Shown: positions 61,121 through 64,000 of the stretch, one piece after another | Numbering within the stretch: the stretch's first letter is position 1 | How the letters are laid out: the number at the start of each line of letters is the position of its first letter | DNA from: a candidate division FCPU426 bacterium | Lineage (GTDB): Bacteria > Oederibacteriota > PGYV01 > Palsa-1178 | Direction: 5' to 3' | DNA: 64,000 nucleotides | NCBI GenBank assembly: GCA_963840035.1 | Contig: CAWIXE010000002.1 | Coordinates: 352,001 to 416,000, forward strand | Notes under the pieces: generated by a model | What the model saw: only the letters and a program-made list of their open reading frames with translations | Databases searched by the model: none | Told to the model about the DNA's origin: nothing | Made by a program: the position numbers and the translations under genes

Positions 61121-61478
61121 GCATTTTCTTCCGGTATTTATAATAATTACGTTCTTTTTATCAGGCTGCGCCGGCGTTCAGCTGGCAAAAAATATATTTG
61201 AATTCAGCGTTGACCCTGATAAAGGCTTAAAGGCGGGCACCATAGTAACGGTAACTGTCAAGGCGGCTGAAGACACATCGCGGGTAAATGTTTTTATCGA
61301 CATGTTTCCTGATTACAAAATGGCGCTAAAATATGACGCATCGGCAAAGACATGGAAACGCAGGGAAATGATACCAATGATGCCGGCCATACCGGCGGGC
61401 CAGTATACGGCAAAAGTGGAAGTAATAACCAAGTCAGGAGAAAAATCGTACGCTGAAAAAGTTATCGCCACATATTAA
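61110..61478 (+). CDS. Hypothetical lipoprotein, Ig-like
   Basis: Lipobox LSGC; beta-rich with PAGQY. Confidence 0.65.
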   Translation: MKFRHFLPVFIIITFFLSGCAGVQLAKNIFEFSVDPDKGLKAGTIVTVTVKAAEDTSRVNVFIDMFPDYKMALKYDASAKTWKRREMIPMMPAIPAGQYTAKVEVITKSGEKSYAEKVIATY

Positions 61479-61511
61479 AAACGCCTCACAATGATTCCGG
61501 GAGAAAACCTA

Positions 61512-62342
61512 ATGGATAAAATAAAAAAAAGCAAAAAGGCATCAAAAAAAGCGGTTATAGAAACGTTAGACCAGGCTCCGCAGCCGAAGGTAATTGCGGC
61601 GGAAAAAAAACCCGGATTTAACACATGGCATTTTGTCGTCGTTTTACTTGCCGCGGTGCTGCTCTTTGGCGGTTACCAGGCGGTAGATTATTTCACGGGC
61701 TGGGGTAATTACGGAAAAGTCATCAAAAGGATACTTGATTCTGCGGAAAAAAACGCCATATATAAGAAATATGACAGCTCCATAGATAAATACAGGTACG
61801 TCATCAAAAAGTGGGGAGGGGACGCGAAATACGCGGAGGAAATAAAGCAGGCAAGGCTGAACCTCGCCAAGTCGCTTAAAGATTCGGAAAACTACCTTGA
61901 TGCCATAGAAATGTACAAACAGCTCTCTTCTGAATATAAGGAAACCAATAAGGATATGTACGCGTGGCTGCTGCTGGAGCTTGCGGATTCATACAGCCTG
62001 ATCCTTAATTCCGACCAGGCCATAAAGACGTACTCTTCAATAGTGGATGAATTTGCAGGCACAGACTGGTCAGCAGAGGCGCTTTTCGGCATGGCTGAAT
62101 CATACAAATCAAAAAAAGACTTTAAAAACGCCATTAAGTACTATGATATCATTGTCGCAAAATACCAAAAAGGGTTCTTAAGCGCTGAAGCCCTGACAAA
62201 TAAGGCTAAAATACTCGAGGAACTCGGAAAGATAAAGGACGCGGTTAAGCTCTACGACAGGGTGGTGTCTGATTTTCCGGATATCGTCACGGAATACGCG
62301 AGGGTCAGGCTCAACCTGCTTTCCGGAAAAACGGTTAAATGA
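61512..62342 (+). CDS. Membrane-anchored TPR protein
   Basis: One TM helix; TPR motifs (EALFGMAESY). Confidence 0.8.
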   Translation: MDKIKKSKKASKKAVIETLDQAPQPKVIAAEKKPGFNTWHFVVVLLAAVLLFGGYQAVDYFTGWGNYGKVIKRILDSAEKNAIYKKYDSSIDKYRYVIKKWGGDAKYAEEIKQARLNLAKSLKDSENYLDAIEMYKQLSSEYKETNKDMYAWLLLELADSYSLILNSDQAIKTYSSIVDEFAGTDWSAEALFGMAESYKSKKDFKNAIKYYDIIVAKYQKGFLSAEALTNKAKILEELGKIKDAVKLYDRVVSDFPDIVTEYARVRLNLLSGKTVK

Positions 62343-63322
62343 AAGAATTTGATTTTATAAACCGCATAAAAACCTCTGTTAAGTTAAAAAAATCAGGCGC
62401 AATCAGGTCCATAGGCGATGACTGCGCCATTCTTCCTTACACATCAACCCACGACCTTCTGGCCACGACGGATTCGCTTTACGAAGGGGTCCACTTTTCA
62501 AAAAAATACTTTACCCCATGGGAAATCGGAGCAAGGGCTATGGCTGTCAATATTTCCGACATTTGCGCCATGGGAGGCAGGCCGCTTTATGCCCTGGTTA
62601 ATATCGGGTGTCCGGCTGCTGTAAAGCAGGGCTATATGGAAAAAATTTATAATGGAATTTCTGACTACGCGCGTAATTACGGGGCGGAAATAATAGGCGG
62701 GGATACCATAACTTCCTCAAAAATATTTATTTCTGTCACCCTCCTTGGTGAAGTGGAAGCGGGCAGGGCAATGAGGAGGGATAAGGCAAAGCCCGGAGAT
62801 GTGATTTTCACTACGGGTTTTCTCGGGGATTCATACGCGGGTTTGAAAGTCCTGTCGCGGAAACACCCTGGTAAACTAAAGGACCATGAATACCTGCCGG
62901 TGAAAAGGCATAAACTTCCGGTCCCGTGCTACTTGGAGGGACGGCAGCTTTTATTGAGCGGCTGCGTAGGGGCCTGTATGGATATTTCAGACGGTATAAT
63001 GAATGATATTACAAGGATATGCGAAGAATCGGCTGTGGGGGCGGTCATTAACGCCGATATGCTGCCGGTTTCATATTCGTGTTCGAAGGTAGCCGGGTCT
63101 TTCGGGGAAGATCCGGCGGATTACGCGCTATACGGCGGTGAGGATTTTGAGCTGCTTTTTACGGTGAGGCGCAATAAAATGGAAAAATTCATGAAATATG
63201 TTTCAGGCAACAGCATTAACGTTTTTGAAGCCGGGGTAATAACCGGCCCCGGCAGTGTTTTTGTTTTGAAAAACGGGAAAAAATACAAGGAAAATTATAA
63301 AAAAGCATGGAAGCATTTCTAA
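62339..63322 (+). CDS. thiL: Thiamine-monophosphate kinase
   Basis: EFDFI, IGDDCA, NISDI.AMGG.P, GGDT, MDISDG, GGEDFELLFT. Confidence 0.95.
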   Translation: MKEFDFINRIKTSVKLKKSGAIRSIGDDCAILPYTSTHDLLATTDSLYEGVHFSKKYFTPWEIGARAMAVNISDICAMGGRPLYALVNIGCPAAVKQGYMEKIYNGISDYARNYGAEIIGGDTITSSKIFISVTLLGEVEAGRAMRRDKAKPGDVIFTTGFLGDSYAGLKVLSRKHPGKLKDHEYLPVKRHKLPVPCYLEGRQLLLSGCVGACMDISDGIMNDITRICEESAVGAVINADMLPVSYSCSKVAGSFGEDPADYALYGGEDFELLFTVRRNKMEKFMKYVSGNSINVFEAGVITGPGSVFVLKNGKKYKENYKKAWKHF

Positions 63323-63768
63323 AAAAGCATTTTAATAAAAAGGCCGTATTTACGACAACCAGCGAGGCTGAGACTATTAATGCAGCAGAATTATTCGCGG
63401 AGATGATACTTCCGGGGGATGCCGTGGCATTAACCGGAAACCTGGGCGCGGGAAAGACCCACTTCGTAAAAGGCATCGCGGTTTACCTCGGCATGAAGAA
63501 AAAGTCGGTCGTAAGCCCGACATTTAACCTTTTAAGGCATTATAAGGCAAAGAAGATGACGGTTTATCATTTTGATTTTTATAGGCTCGATAATTTTGAC
63601 GCGCTTGACAGGATAGGATACAGGGAGTACATTACAGACAGCGGCGCGATAGTGGTGGCCGAATGGCCTGAAAAAGTCAGGGATACATGGAAAGATTTCA
63701 ACTGGTTTGTAAAGATTGCCCACATGGGGGCTGATAAAAGAAAGATAACGGTTTATAAGAAGAGATAG
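63307..63768 (+). CDS. tsaE: t6A biosynthesis ATPase TsaE
   Basis: GNLGAGKT, VSPTF, YHFDFYRL, EWPE. Confidence 0.95.
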   Translation: MEAFLKKHFNKKAVFTTTSEAETINAAELFAEMILPGDAVALTGNLGAGKTHFVKGIAVYLGMKKKSVVSPTFNLLRHYKAKKMTVYHFDFYRLDNFDALDRIGYREYITDSGAIVVAEWPEKVRDTWKDFNWFVKIAHMGADKRKITVYKKR

Positions 63769-63856
63769 TTTGTGGTTTACAGTTTAAAGTTTATAGTTTA
63801 AGATTTATAGTTTCAAACCGTAAACTCTAAACCCTAAACTGTAAACTGTAAACTGT
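63766..63856. repeat. Inverted heptamer-array hairpin, (TAGTTTA) x7 ... (TAAACTG) x6
   Basis: Arms abut with essentially no spacer. Confidence 0.85.
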
Positions 63857-63879
63857 TTTCAAACGTCCAAAGGAGCAGG

Positions 63880-64000
63880 ATGAAGATACTGTGCATAGAT
63901 ACCAGCAGCAAAGAGATTGCCATTGGCTTATTTGACGGCGGAAGGACGCTGTCTGAATCATATATTAACGCGGACAGGAATTATAACGCGGTTATTATGG
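63880..64000 (+). CDS. tsaB: t6A biosynthesis protein TsaB (N-terminus, truncated by the window)
   Basis: MKILCIDTSS after AGGAG, directly following tsaE. Confidence 0.85.
   Translation, partial: MKILCIDTSSKEIAIGLFDGGRTLSESYINADRNYNAVIM

Noticed and set aside
1..64000. tRNA, rRNA, riboswitch or prophage genes
   Set aside because: No recognisable signatures by eye; a covariance-model search was not possible.

Overview
Bacterial chromosomal window, about 46-48% GC by eye and almost entirely + strand, from a diderm (flgH/flgI, lnt, GT9/WaaL), flagellated, probably cellulolytic organism. The protein style (Thr/Pro-rich linkers, CBM11-like lipoproteins, PorV/FlgD-Ig fusions) resembles Ca. Goldiibacteriota/Firestonebacteria-type genomes; this is an inference only. 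Layout: 1-13 kb is a glycan locus (outer-membrane barrel, CBM9-like protein, four CBM11/CIA30-like lipoproteins, modular GH9, unknown GH-like protein). 13.5-32.6 kb is a long operon (PorV-OmpA fusion, TPR proteins, LacI, WaaL, GT9, SprA-like giant barrel with FN3, FN3 cargo). It is followed by mutL-miaA-DUF4416, an inactivated IS30, and a radical-SAM/DUF4130 pair split by a repeat-flanked DUF559 gene. Two more PorV fusions run directly into flgFGAHIJ-yvyF-flgMNK, then housekeeping genes (htrA, lnt, surE, ECF locus, acpS, nnr, thiL, tsaE, tsaB). Main leads: (1) a divergent T9SS-like secretion system with fused components and CTD-bearing cargo; (2) a family of intergenic inverted heptamer-array hairpins whose architecture, not sequence, is conserved; (3) a SusCD-independent glycan capture cluster; (4) a DUF559 mini-cassette. 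Five single-base frameshifts are probably sequencing errors. All family assignments come from motif recognition, not from database searches.
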